Source: an uncultured Bacilli bacterium
GTDB taxonomy: Bacteria; Bacillota_I; Bacilli_A; RF39; UBA660
Assembly: GCA_934149245.1 (NCBI GenBank)
Contig: CAKPER010000002.1
Coordinates: forward strand, 4,879 to 68,878
DNA length: 64,000 nucleotides
Direction of reading: 5' to 3'
Part shown: positions 38,392 through 47,486 of the stretch, one piece after another
Position numbering within the stretch: position 1 is the stretch's first letter
How the letters are laid out: every line of letters starts with the position of its first letter
The notes under the pieces: model-generated
Told to the model about the DNA's origin: nothing
Seen by the model: the letters and a program-made list of their open reading frames with translations, nothing else
Databases searched by the model: none
Position numbers and translations under genes: made by a program

Positions 38392-39402
38392 ATGAAAGTA
38401 TTATTGTATACGGAAAGTGAAAAAATAATAGGCAAATCTGGGCTAGGAAAAGCTATAAAGCATCAACAATTAGCCCTTGAAAAAGCTAAAGTTGAATATA
38501 CTCTGGATCCTAAGGATGATTATGATATATTACATATAAATACATATTTTCCAGCATCTTATGAGTTTGCTAAAAAGGCCAAGAAAAACGGGAAGAAAAT
38601 AGTATATCATGCTCATTCTACAGAAGAAGATTATAAGGATGGATTTATTTTTGCAAAACAAACAGCAACTATTTTTAAAAAATGGCTTATAAAATGTTAT
38701 AACTTAGGAGATGAAATCATAACACCAACTCCATATTCTAAAAAAATATTGGAAAGTTATGGTATAACAAAAAAAATTCATGCTATTAGTAATGGAATAG
38801 AATTAGAAAAGTTTAAACATGATGATATTTTGGCTCAAAAATTTAGAGAAAAGTATGGCTATACTAAGGAAGATAAAATAGTTATAGGTATAGGTTTATA
38901 TATAGAAAGAAAAGGAATAATAGACTTTGTAGAACTTGCTAAAAGAATGCCAGAATATAAATTTATTTGGTTTGGTTATAGCCCACTATCGGTAGCAACT
39001 AAGCCTGTTAAGGAGGCAGTAACTACAAAACTGCCTAATCTTCTCTTTGCAGGTTATGTAGAATCAAACGAAATAATAGGTGCTATGAGTGGTTGTGATT
39101 TATATCTTTTTCCAACCTTAGAAGAAACAGAAGGAATTCCTATAATAGAAGCTTGTGCTTGCAAATGTAGAGCATTAATCAGAGATATACCAGTCTTTGA
39201 AGATTGGTTAATAGAAGGAAAAAATGTTTATAAAGCAAGTACTTTAGATGAGTTTGAGGAAAAGATTAGAAAAATAATTAAAAATGAGTTGCCAGATTTA
39301 ACAGAAAAAGCTTATAAAGTTGCATATGATAGAAGAATAGAAGTTATTGGCGAACAATTAAAAGAAGTATATGAAAGTGTTATGTCTAATGAAAAGGAAT
39401 AA
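38392..39402 (+). CDS. Glycosyltransferase family 4 (GT-B fold)
   Basis: GGGAGG RBS. C-terminal EX7E-type motif PTLEETEGIPIIEACA. Confidence 0.75.
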   Translation: MKVLLYTESEKIIGKSGLGKAIKHQQLALEKAKVEYTLDPKDDYDILHINTYFPASYEFAKKAKKNGKKIVYHAHSTEEDYKDGFIFAKQTATIFKKWLIKCYNLGDEIITPTPYSKKILESYGITKKIHAISNGIELEKFKHDDILAQKFREKYGYTKEDKIVIGIGLYIERKGIIDFVELAKRMPEYKFIWFGYSPLSVATKPVKEAVTTKLPNLLFAGYVESNEIIGAMSGCDLYLFPTLEETEGIPIIEACACKCRALIRDIPVFEDWLIEGKNVYKASTLDEFEEKIRKIIKNELPDLTEKAYKVAYDRRIEVIGEQLKEVYESVMSNEKE

Positions 39403-39455
39403 CACTTTTTGTCTATTAAGTTAATACTTTATAAAAAAAATTTGTTTTCTTCTCC

Positions 39456-39484
39456 ATTAAATTGTATGGCAATCGCTTAAAAAT
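39456..39484. repeat. Target-site duplication ATTAAATTG (39456-39464) plus left inverted repeat TATGGCAATCGCTTAAAAAT (39465-39484)
   Basis: Exact reverse complement of 40674-40693. The 9-mer is repeated directly at 40694-40702. Confidence 0.85.
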
Positions 39485-40693
39485 TTTTACAAAAATATAG
39501 TATAATTAAATCAAGATAAAAGTGAGTTGATTTAATTATGAATTTATTTGAAAAATTTGAAGTTTTAGAAGATCCTAGAGATATAAGAGGAAAAAAATAT
39601 AAATTAATAGATATATTAATTATGACAATATATGGCTTATTATGTGGTTTAAAAGACTTTACGAATATCGCAGATTTTATGAAACTAAAAGAAGATTATT
39701 TCACTAAATTATTAAATTTAGAAAACGGTACGCCGTCACATGATTGTCTTTCTGATGTCTTTGCAGCTATTGATTCAAAAAAATTTATGGAAATATTTAT
39801 TGAATGGACAAAAGAAATAGTAAAAAACAAAACTGGAAAGAATATTAGTATTGATGGAAAAGCTATCAAAAGTGCTACTGATAAAATAAATAATGGTAGT
39901 ATTCCCTATATTGTATCAGCATTTATTGGAGAAATAGGACTATCAATTGGGCAAGTGAAAGTAGATGATAAATCAAATGAAATAGTAGCAATACCAAACT
40001 TGCTTGATTTGTTGGAAATCGAAGGTGCAACAATTACAATAGATGCAATTGGAACCCAAGAAGAAATAATCAATAAAATTGTAAATAAAAAAGGTCATTA
40101 TGTATTACCAGTTAAAGATAATCAGAAAGAGTTAAAAAAGCAAATAAAATCTCAGTTTGATGGTTATAACAATTTATATGGAAATAAAGATATTTTAAAT
40201 AAAAAAACATTAGAAAAAGATCATGGTCGAATAGAAGAAAGAGAATATTTTTTATGTTATGATGTATCAAAAATAAAAGATAAAATCAAGTGGAAAACAG
40301 TTAAAGCAATTGCCTATACAAAAGTATCTAGAATTTCTGATGATGAAACTATTGTAACAGAAAATTATTACATAATAGATTATCAAATTAGTATAGAAAA
40401 ATTGATAGAAACGATAAGGGATCATTGGAATATAGAATGTGGATTACATTGGAAATTAGATGTTATTTTAGACGAAGATCATTCTAGAAATAGAATTGAA
40501 AATTCAATAAGTAATTTATCAATAATGCGTAAGATAATATTTAATTTAGCAAGTTTGGATAATTCTTTTGGCAAAGTACCATTACAAAGAAAATTAACTA
40601 GGTATATGTTAGATTTTAAAAACATAGAAAAACTGATATTTGAAATAATTCCAAGTATCAGTTAACTTTAGTTATTTTTAAGCGATTGCCATA
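39465..40693 (+). mobile_element. ISAs1-family insertion sequence, 1229 bp, apparently intact
   Basis: Perfect 20-bp terminal inverted repeats, 9-bp direct target duplication, single full-length transposase ORF. Confidence 0.85.
39538..40665 (+). CDS. ISAs1 family (H-repeat-associated) DDE transposase
   Basis: N-terminal DPRDIRGKKYKLIDILIMTIYGLLCG, then DGKAIKSA, TIDAIGTQ, and C-terminal HWNIECGLHWKLDVILDEDHSR. All are typical of ISAs1 transposases. Confidence 0.85.
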   Translation: MNLFEKFEVLEDPRDIRGKKYKLIDILIMTIYGLLCGLKDFTNIADFMKLKEDYFTKLLNLENGTPSHDCLSDVFAAIDSKKFMEIFIEWTKEIVKNKTGKNISIDGKAIKSATDKINNGSIPYIVSAFIGEIGLSIGQVKVDDKSNEIVAIPNLLDLLEIEGATITIDAIGTQEEIINKIVNKKGHYVLPVKDNQKELKKQIKSQFDGYNNLYGNKDILNKKTLEKDHGRIEEREYFLCYDVSKIKDKIKWKTVKAIAYTKVSRISDDETIVTENYYIIDYQISIEKLIETIRDHWNIECGLHWKLDVILDEDHSRNRIENSISNLSIMRKIIFNLASLDNSFGKVPLQRKLTRYMLDFKNIEKLIFEIIPSIS

Positions 40694-40702
40694 ATTAAAT
40701 TG
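40674..40702. repeat. Right inverted repeat (40674-40693) plus target-site duplication ATTAAATTG (40694-40702)
   Basis: See the left-end entry. Confidence 0.85.
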
Positions 40703-40764
40703 ACAGAAAAATAAAAAATTTGTATAATTATTTTAGTAAATAAAAGAATAAAGATGGTGATTAT

Positions 40765-43128
40765 ATGAATACTATAGGTGGTTATTTTGTAGAAAATTTA
40801 GCAAATTGTAAATGTAAAAAAGATAGTATGATTATTGGAAATAAATATAGAATTAGTATTTTAACAGAAAGACTTGTAAGATTAGAATATAATCCTAAAG
40901 GGGTTTTTGAGGATAGACCAACCCAAAGAGTTATATATAGAAACTTTCCTAAAGTTAATTACACTGCTACTCAAAGTGAAACATTACTACAAGTAATTAC
41001 CTCATATTTTACCTTAGACTATGTTAAGGAGCATACTTTTGTTGGAAGTAAGATTGCTCCAAGTACTAATTTAAAGATAACTTTAAATGGTACAGATAGA
41101 ACGTGGAATTATAATCATCCGGAGGCAAGAAATTATGGAACTATAACATATTCTCTTGATAATTTTAGAGGTAAATTAAAACTAGATAAAGGGCTATATT
41201 CAACAGATGGTTTTGCTTGTATAGATGATTCTGACTCACTTGTATTAAATGAAAAGGGAATGTTTCAAAATAGAGCTGATAAAGTACTTGATCTCTATGT
41301 TTTTATGTATAAAAAAGATTTAGGATTATGTCTTCAAGATTATTATAAGTTAACAGGCTATCCTTTAATGATTCCAAGGTATGCGCTGGGAAATTGGTGG
41401 TATAAAGATAGTACTTATACTAATCAAGATATTTACAAATTAGTTAAAAAATTTGCTGAAGAAGAAATTCCCCTATCAGTATTCTTGCTAGGAAATAAGT
41501 GGCATAAAGAAAATGATTATTATACATTTAATGATAAAATAATTGACCCCCTTAAATTAAAAAAATTCTTAGATAGTAAGCAAATTAAATTAGGATTAAC
41601 CATTAATCCTAGTAGTAATATTTACCAAAATACAGAGACATATAATGCTATAGCACCATCATTATCTCAAGATAATCAACTTAATTTTTTACCAGTTAAT
41701 AATAACAAATTAAATTTGTATACATCTAATGTTATAAATAAATTAATAAATGGTGGTGTAGATATATTTAATATTGGTTATAACAATAAAGGAGATAAGC
41801 TAACTTCTAGCTTGTTTAATCAGTATCATTATGTTACTGAAGTGACAACTTTAAATAAAAGAAGTATTGTTTTAACTAGAAATCACAATGTAGCAATTCA
41901 TCGCTATGGAATAGTTGTAACGGGAAAAACTATAGTAGATTGGGAAACTTTGGCAATACTTCCAAGATATAACTATAGTGCTTCTAATATGGGAATTAGT
42001 TATGTTGCAAATGCTATTGGCGGTTATTATAAAGGAATTGAAGATTTTGAGCTTTTTATAAGATATATTCAGTTAGGGGTCTTTAGTCCTATGTTAATAT
42101 TAGCTAGTGATGATGGAGAATACTATAGAAGAGAGCCTTGGCGTTGGGATATATCTCAAAGAGAAATTATAAAGAAATATTTAAATCTTAGAAATAAGTT
42201 AATTCCATACCTTTATACAGAAGCCTATCTTTATCATACTAGTGGTAGTCCTATAATTCAGCCTTTATATTATGAATACCCTAAAATATATGATGAACCT
42301 TTATACATAAATCAATATTTCTTTGGAAGTCAAATGCTAGTATGTCCTATTACTAAGAAGAAAAATATGATAATGAATCGAGTAGTTCAAAGACTATTTA
42401 TTCCTAATGGAACTTGGTATGAGTTAGAAAGTGGTAAAAAATATTTAGGAAACAAATATTATATGAGTTTTTATCGTGATGAAGATTATCCTGTTTTTTG
42501 TAGGGAAGGATCAATTATTGTTATGTCTTTAGATAAAAATACCGATAATCCTGCTAATTTAGAAGTAGATATTTTTCCAGGAAGTAATGGCAACTATACT
42601 TTATATGAAGATGATGGCATTACAGATAGTTTTAAAAATGGGGCTGCTGCTATAACAGAATATACTTATAACTATAGCAAAAATACTTATGAATTAATAA
42701 TTGAACCAAAAGCATATCAAGGTTTAGTTCCACCAATTAGGAGCTATAAAATAAAATTTAGAAATACTAATAGTGCTTCAATTACAGTTAGTGATGGCGT
42801 TAAAAATATTAAAGCAACAGCTTCTTTAGAAAAAAATGATTTAATTATAAATATTCCAAGTGTTGCTAGTTCTAGCAAAATAATAATAACTTGTACTGGA
42901 AATGAGCTAGAAAACTCAACTATAAGATTAATAAATGATGATATCAAAGGAATATTAGAAGATTTGGAAATAGAAACGATTTTAAAAGAAAAAATAGACA
43001 AAATATTATTTGGTGATCTACCAATTAGGAAGAAAAGAATTGAAATAAGAAAGCTAAAAAGGAAAGGTTTAGAGCCAAAATTTATAAAAATGTTTTTAAA
43101 TTTACTTGAATATATTAAAACAGTTTAG
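40765..43128 (+). CDS. Glycoside hydrolase family 31-like protein (catalytic residues appear substituted)
   Basis: Overall GH31 architecture and segments (GYPLMIPRYALGNWWY, IPLSVFLL, LGVFSPML, REPWRW, LIPYLYT, PIIQPLYYEYP). The nucleophile and acid/base positions do not carry Asp in a by-eye alignment. Confidence 0.6.
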   Translation: MNTIGGYFVENLANCKCKKDSMIIGNKYRISILTERLVRLEYNPKGVFEDRPTQRVIYRNFPKVNYTATQSETLLQVITSYFTLDYVKEHTFVGSKIAPSTNLKITLNGTDRTWNYNHPEARNYGTITYSLDNFRGKLKLDKGLYSTDGFACIDDSDSLVLNEKGMFQNRADKVLDLYVFMYKKDLGLCLQDYYKLTGYPLMIPRYALGNWWYKDSTYTNQDIYKLVKKFAEEEIPLSVFLLGNKWHKENDYYTFNDKIIDPLKLKKFLDSKQIKLGLTINPSSNIYQNTETYNAIAPSLSQDNQLNFLPVNNNKLNLYTSNVINKLINGGVDIFNIGYNNKGDKLTSSLFNQYHYVTEVTTLNKRSIVLTRNHNVAIHRYGIVVTGKTIVDWETLAILPRYNYSASNMGISYVANAIGGYYKGIEDFELFIRYIQLGVFSPMLILASDDGEYYRREPWRWDISQREIIKKYLNLRNKLIPYLYTEAYLYHTSGSPIIQPLYYEYPKIYDEPLYINQYFFGSQMLVCPITKKKNMIMNRVVQRLFIPNGTWYELESGKKYLGNKYYMSFYRDEDYPVFCREGSIIVMSLDKNTDNPANLEVDIFPGSNGNYTLYEDDGITDSFKNGAAAITEYTYNYSKNTYELIIEPKAYQGLVPPIRSYKIKFRNTNSASITVSDGVKNIKATASLEKNDLIINIPSVASSSKIIITCTGNELENSTIRLINDDIKGILEDLEIETILKEKIDKILFGDLPIRKKRIEIRKLKRKGLEPKFIKMFLNLLEYIKTV

Positions 43129-43134
43129 TATAAT
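43106..43134 (+). promoter_or_regulatory. SigA promoter of the leuS leader
   Basis: TTGAAT, 17-nt spacer, TATAAT, overlapping the GH31 stop codon. Confidence 0.55.
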
Positions 43135-43140
43135 AAAGAA

Positions 43141-43335
43141 AACAAAAGGAAAAGAGTAGTAATAGAAAATAGTCACCCAAGAGAATAAGTGGTTGGTGCG
43201 AACTTAGTGACAAAATTCTATGAACTTGCTTTTCTTGTTGCAGTATCTGCCGGATGTTATCCGTTATCAAAGAAAGTTATAAGGTAGGATGGTACCGCGT
43301 AATTACGCTCCTAAAGTTTTAGGGGCTTTTTCTTT
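43141..43335 (+). promoter_or_regulatory. T-box riboswitch leader (Leu specifier)
   Basis: AGAGA box, distal-loop GGTGCGA, candidate specifier CTT at 43225-43227, F-box CCGTTA at 43261-43266, T-box GGATGGTACCGCG at 43287-43299. Terminator GCTCCTAAA/TTTAGGGGC plus T-run at 43307-43335. Confidence 0.85.
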
Positions 43336-43368
43336 TAAAAATGAAATAAGGAAAGTGGTGGTAAAGTA

Positions 43369-43716
43369 ATGAGAATCTTGTTAGAATATATAATAGTTTT
43401 TATTGTTGTATATATAATAGATTATATTATGATTGTTAACCCTAATAAAAAATATAATAGTAAAAAGCTATTACCAGAGTTAATTTATTTAAAGAAAATA
43501 TATAAAATTAAAATAAAAAAAGAAGATTATTTACATTTTCTATATATTACCTCTTTAATAAATACTTTAATTATTACAACTATTTATATAATAATAATAT
43601 ATTTAATAGAAAACTTAATCTTAAAATTTGTAATAGGATTAATACTGCTAGTACTTATGACTATAATATGCTATGGGTTACTTGGAAGATACTATATATG
43701 GAAAGAAGGAAGATAA
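43369..43716 (+). CDS. Small 3-TM membrane protein encoded between the T-box and leuS
   Basis: GGTGGT RBS. 115-aa hydrophobic ORF whose stop is 1 nt before the leuS ATG. Confidence 0.45.
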   Translation: MRILLEYIIVFIVVYIIDYIMIVNPNKKYNSKKLLPELIYLKKIYKIKIKKEDYLHFLYITSLINTLIITTIYIIIIYLIENLILKFVIGLILLVLMTIICYGLLGRYYIWKEGR

Positions 43717-43717
43717 G

Positions 43718-46117
43718 ATGTATAATTATAAAAAAGTAGAGCAAAAATGGCAAAAACATTGGGAAGAAAATAATACATATATAACAAAAATAGATAAGAA
43801 TAAGGAAAAATTTTATATGTTAGTAGAGTTTCCTTATCCATCTGGAGCAGGTTTACATGTTGGTCATGCTAGGGTATATACAGCATCTGATGTTCAAACA
43901 AGATACAAGAAAGCCTTAGGTTACAATGTTTTGTTTCCAATGGGCTGGGATGCTTTTGGGGCACCTGCTGAACAATATGCAATAAAAAATCATATTCATC
44001 CTAAAGAAGCAGTAGTAGAAAATATAAAAGTTTTTAAAGGTCAATTGAAATCTCTTGGCCTAGCAACAGATTGGTCTAGGGAATTTGCAACAACAGATCC
44101 AGAATATTACAAATGGACACAATGGCAATTTCTACAATTTTATAAAAAAGGCTTAGCCTATAAAGATGAAAAAGAAATAAATTGGTGCCCTAAGTGTAAA
44201 ATGGGCTTATCAAATGAAGATGCTCAAGGCGGAGTGTGCGAAAGATGTGGTTCCCAAACTACTAAAAAATTAAAAAATCAATGGTTACTTCGTATGAGTG
44301 ATTATGCTGATAAATTACTAGATGGCTTAAAAAATACTGAATTTTTAGAGAAAGTTAAGACAGCTCAAATAAATTGGATAGGGAAATCAATAGGAGCATC
44401 AGTTAAATTTAAAATAAAAGGTGAAGATGATTATTTAAAAGTCTTTACTACTAGATGTGATACTTTATATGGAGTAACATTTATGGTTATAAGCCCTGAA
44501 CATAAATATATTGAAAAGTATAAAGATAAAATAAAAAATATAAAAGATGTTCTTGAATATCAAGAAGAAGCTAAACACAAAAGTGAAATTGAAAGAACTG
44601 ATAATACTAAGGAAAAAACAGGAGTTAAATTAGAAGGTCTAACTGCAATTCATCCAATAACAGGAGAAGAAATTGAAGTATGGATTAGTGATTATGTACT
44701 TGCAAATTATGGTACAGGTGCTATAATGGCAGTTCCTGCTCATGATGAAAGAGATTATGCTTTTGCTAAAAAGTTTGGTATTAAAATTATTCCAGTAATT
44801 GATGGAGGAGATATTAATAAAGAGGCATATATTGGTGATGGCCTTCATATTAATTCTGATTTTATAAATGGTCTAGATAAAAATTCAGCTATAGAAAAAA
44901 TGTTAGAATATTTAACAAAAAATGATTTAGGTAAAAAAGAAGTAAATTATCGTCTTCAAGATTGGATTTTCTCTCGTCAAAGATTTTGGGGGGAGCCAAT
45001 TCCTATGATTAATTGTCCACATTGTGGTTGGGTACCAGTTCCTGATGAAGATTTACCAGTATTATTACCAAATGTTCAAGCTTATGAACCAACTGATGAT
45101 GGTGAAAGTCCATTATCTCGAATAGATGAATGGGTAAATGTTAAATGTCCAAAATGTGGTATGAATGCTAAAAGAGAAACAGATACAATGCCAAACTGGG
45201 CTGGTTCATCATGGTATTGGTTACGTTATATGGATCCTCATAATACTAAGGAATTTGCCAGTATGGAAGCTATGAAATATTGGGGAAAAGTCGATTTATA
45301 TGATGGTGGAATGGAACATGCTACACGTCATTTGTTATATGCAAGATTTTGGAATATTTTCTTACATGAACAAGGATTAGTTCCAAATAGTGAACCATTT
45401 ACAAGAAGAATCAGTCACGGAATGATTTTAGGTCCAACTGGTGAAAAGATGAGTAAAAGTAAAGGAAATGTTGTCAATCCAAATGATATGGTAAGAGATT
45501 ATGGAGCTGATAGCTTAAGAGTTTATGAAATGTTTATTGGTGATTACTCAAAAGATGCTGCTTGGAATGAACAAGGACTAAAAGGCTGTCATAAGTTTTT
45601 AAATAGAATTTGGAATCTTCAAGAAAAAGTTATTGATGGGGATAATTATTCAAAAGATATTGAAGCTTTAATTCATAAAACTATTAAAAAAGTAACTGAT
45701 GATATTGAAAATTTATCTTATAATACTGCTGTATCATCATTAATGATTTTACTTAATGCCATGGATAAAATGCCAAATATAACTAAGAAAGATTATAGAA
45801 TTATTCTTCAACTTTTAAATCCTTTTGCACCACATATAACTGAAGAATTAAATGAGATATGTAATTTAGGGAAAGAATTTACTAATAGTTCTTGGCCAGA
45901 GTATGATCCTAAAAAAACTATAGATAATGTTTTAGAAATAGGAGTACAAATAAATGGAAAATTGCGTTCTACTATAAAAATAAATAAAGACGAAAACAAA
46001 GAAAAAATAGAAGAAATTGCTCTAGCAGATGATAAAATAAAGAAAAATATTCAAGAAAAAACTATCGTAAGAATAATTATTGTTCCAAATAGAATTGTAA
46101 ATATTGTTGTTAAGTAA
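43718..46117 (+). CDS. leuS: Leucyl-tRNA synthetase
   Basis: GAAGGAAG RBS before ATG 43718. HIGH motif (LHVGHAR), CP1 editing domain, KMSKS, and Zn-binding CPKC/CERC and CPHC/CPKC pairs. Confidence 0.92.
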   Translation: MYNYKKVEQKWQKHWEENNTYITKIDKNKEKFYMLVEFPYPSGAGLHVGHARVYTASDVQTRYKKALGYNVLFPMGWDAFGAPAEQYAIKNHIHPKEAVVENIKVFKGQLKSLGLATDWSREFATTDPEYYKWTQWQFLQFYKKGLAYKDEKEINWCPKCKMGLSNEDAQGGVCERCGSQTTKKLKNQWLLRMSDYADKLLDGLKNTEFLEKVKTAQINWIGKSIGASVKFKIKGEDDYLKVFTTRCDTLYGVTFMVISPEHKYIEKYKDKIKNIKDVLEYQEEAKHKSEIERTDNTKEKTGVKLEGLTAIHPITGEEIEVWISDYVLANYGTGAIMAVPAHDERDYAFAKKFGIKIIPVIDGGDINKEAYIGDGLHINSDFINGLDKNSAIEKMLEYLTKNDLGKKEVNYRLQDWIFSRQRFWGEPIPMINCPHCGWVPVPDEDLPVLLPNVQAYEPTDDGESPLSRIDEWVNVKCPKCGMNAKRETDTMPNWAGSSWYWLRYMDPHNTKEFASMEAMKYWGKVDLYDGGMEHATRHLLYARFWNIFLHEQGLVPNSEPFTRRISHGMILGPTGEKMSKSKGNVVNPNDMVRDYGADSLRVYEMFIGDYSKDAAWNEQGLKGCHKFLNRIWNLQEKVIDGDNYSKDIEALIHKTIKKVTDDIENLSYNTAVSSLMILLNAMDKMPNITKKDYRIILQLLNPFAPHITEELNEICNLGKEFTNSSWPEYDPKKTIDNVLEIGVQINGKLRSTIKINKDENKEKIEEIALADDKIKKNIQEKTIVRIIIVPNRIVNIVVK

Positions 46118-46217
46118 ATCATTTTCTAAATAAATTTTTGATTATGTTATTGTCTTGAACTTATAGGAAAGTTAGATGATTTTTGGAAAAGAAATAAAGA
46201 AGGGATTGAAATAAAAT

Positions 46218-46961
46218 ATGAAAAATAATAATGGTAGAATAATTGGCGGGTTAATAGTAATAATAATAATATTAAGTGTATTCTGTATATTATTTGCAAC
46301 AAATACCCTAGAATTAAATTCTATTAAAGTAAAAGGTGATGATAAGAGTAAGCAGAATAATTTGGTTGAAAATAAAGATAAACAGATTGAACTTGAAGTA
46401 GTTTCAGATACAGAAGCTCTTACATTAGGTAAAGATTTATATGATAAAGCGACTGAGATATATTCTACTTGGGTACTGACACCTTATTGTGGTTATGGTT
46501 CTAATGAGCTATATAATCATGAAGGAGTAAATATTGGAGGGCAGTCAGGATATTCATATTATGAATCAATGTTTAATAATATAGATGAATTAAGAGAATA
46601 TTTATTAAAATATTTATCACAGGATATTGTTAATTCAAAGGTGCCTAAGAATGTTTTAGAAAACCAAGAAGAGATAGCCGATTATATAATTTATAATAAT
46701 AAGTTATATTGCAGGCAAGACGCTGGTAAAGGTTGGTTGTTCTCTTATTTAGGAAAATATGATATAAAGGTAAATAGTAAAGAGAGTAATAAAATATCAT
46801 ATACAATAACTTCCTACTATACTAAAAATGAGGATAAGTGCAGTAGATATGATAATTTTTGGAGCTGTGATAAGTCAGATACAGAAAACAAAGACACTAA
46901 TTTTACTATTGAAAAAATAAATGACAAGTGGATTGTTACCGATTATACACTATATGAGTGA
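46218..46961 (+). CDS. Membrane-anchored hypothetical protein
   Basis: N-terminal TM helix followed by a soluble Cys-containing domain. No motif recognised. Confidence 0.5.
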   Translation: MKNNNGRIIGGLIVIIIILSVFCILFATNTLELNSIKVKGDDKSKQNNLVENKDKQIELEVVSDTEALTLGKDLYDKATEIYSTWVLTPYCGYGSNELYNHEGVNIGGQSGYSYYESMFNNIDELREYLLKYLSQDIVNSKVPKNVLENQEEIADYIIYNNKLYCRQDAGKGWLFSYLGKYDIKVNSKESNKISYTITSYYTKNEDKCSRYDNFWSCDKSDTENKDTNFTIEKINDKWIVTDYTLYE

Positions 46962-47486
46962 TAAATAATTAAATATTTTGCTACTTTACAGTTTTATCGC
47001 CTAAAGTTGGTAAACAATAGTAAAAAAATAAAATAATTAATATTAGTATTGGTATTGATTAGGATTGTCATCTATTATGTAATCAATTAGATAATAAAAT
47101 TTTTAAAAGACAAATTTAATAGAAAAATAGATTTGAGACTACATCTATAATTTTAGGTGTAGTTTTTATTTTTCAATTTTTTTGAAACTTAGTTATTCCT
47201 TAACAAAATTGACATAACCCAGAGTTTGTAAGGTGTGATGTAAAATTATAAAGATAACTTCTAAATTTTTGGATATTGGTTTCAGTTCATCTCGAACTCT
47301 AATAATCTTTTTTGCAACTAGTGATATTTACAATAAAATATTTATAAAAGCTTGACCTAAATTAAAATAAAATCTTTCTTTAAAATAATCTTATAGGTAA
47401 TTTATTAAAAAAAAATAAAAAAATTTTCCAAATTAAAAGGAAATCGAAGATAAACAGCCAATAATTAAAGTTAGAGGAGGTAAAAT

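Noticed and set aside
46962-47486. Possible gene remnant or regulatory RNA in the ~500-bp non-coding stretch upstream of the bacteriocin exporter.
   Set aside because: Only a ~45-codon frame without a start codon is open on the minus strand, with no recognisable family motif. No tRNA-like or repeat structure was seen. I noted it only as a hint that the bacteriocin locus is an inserted islet.
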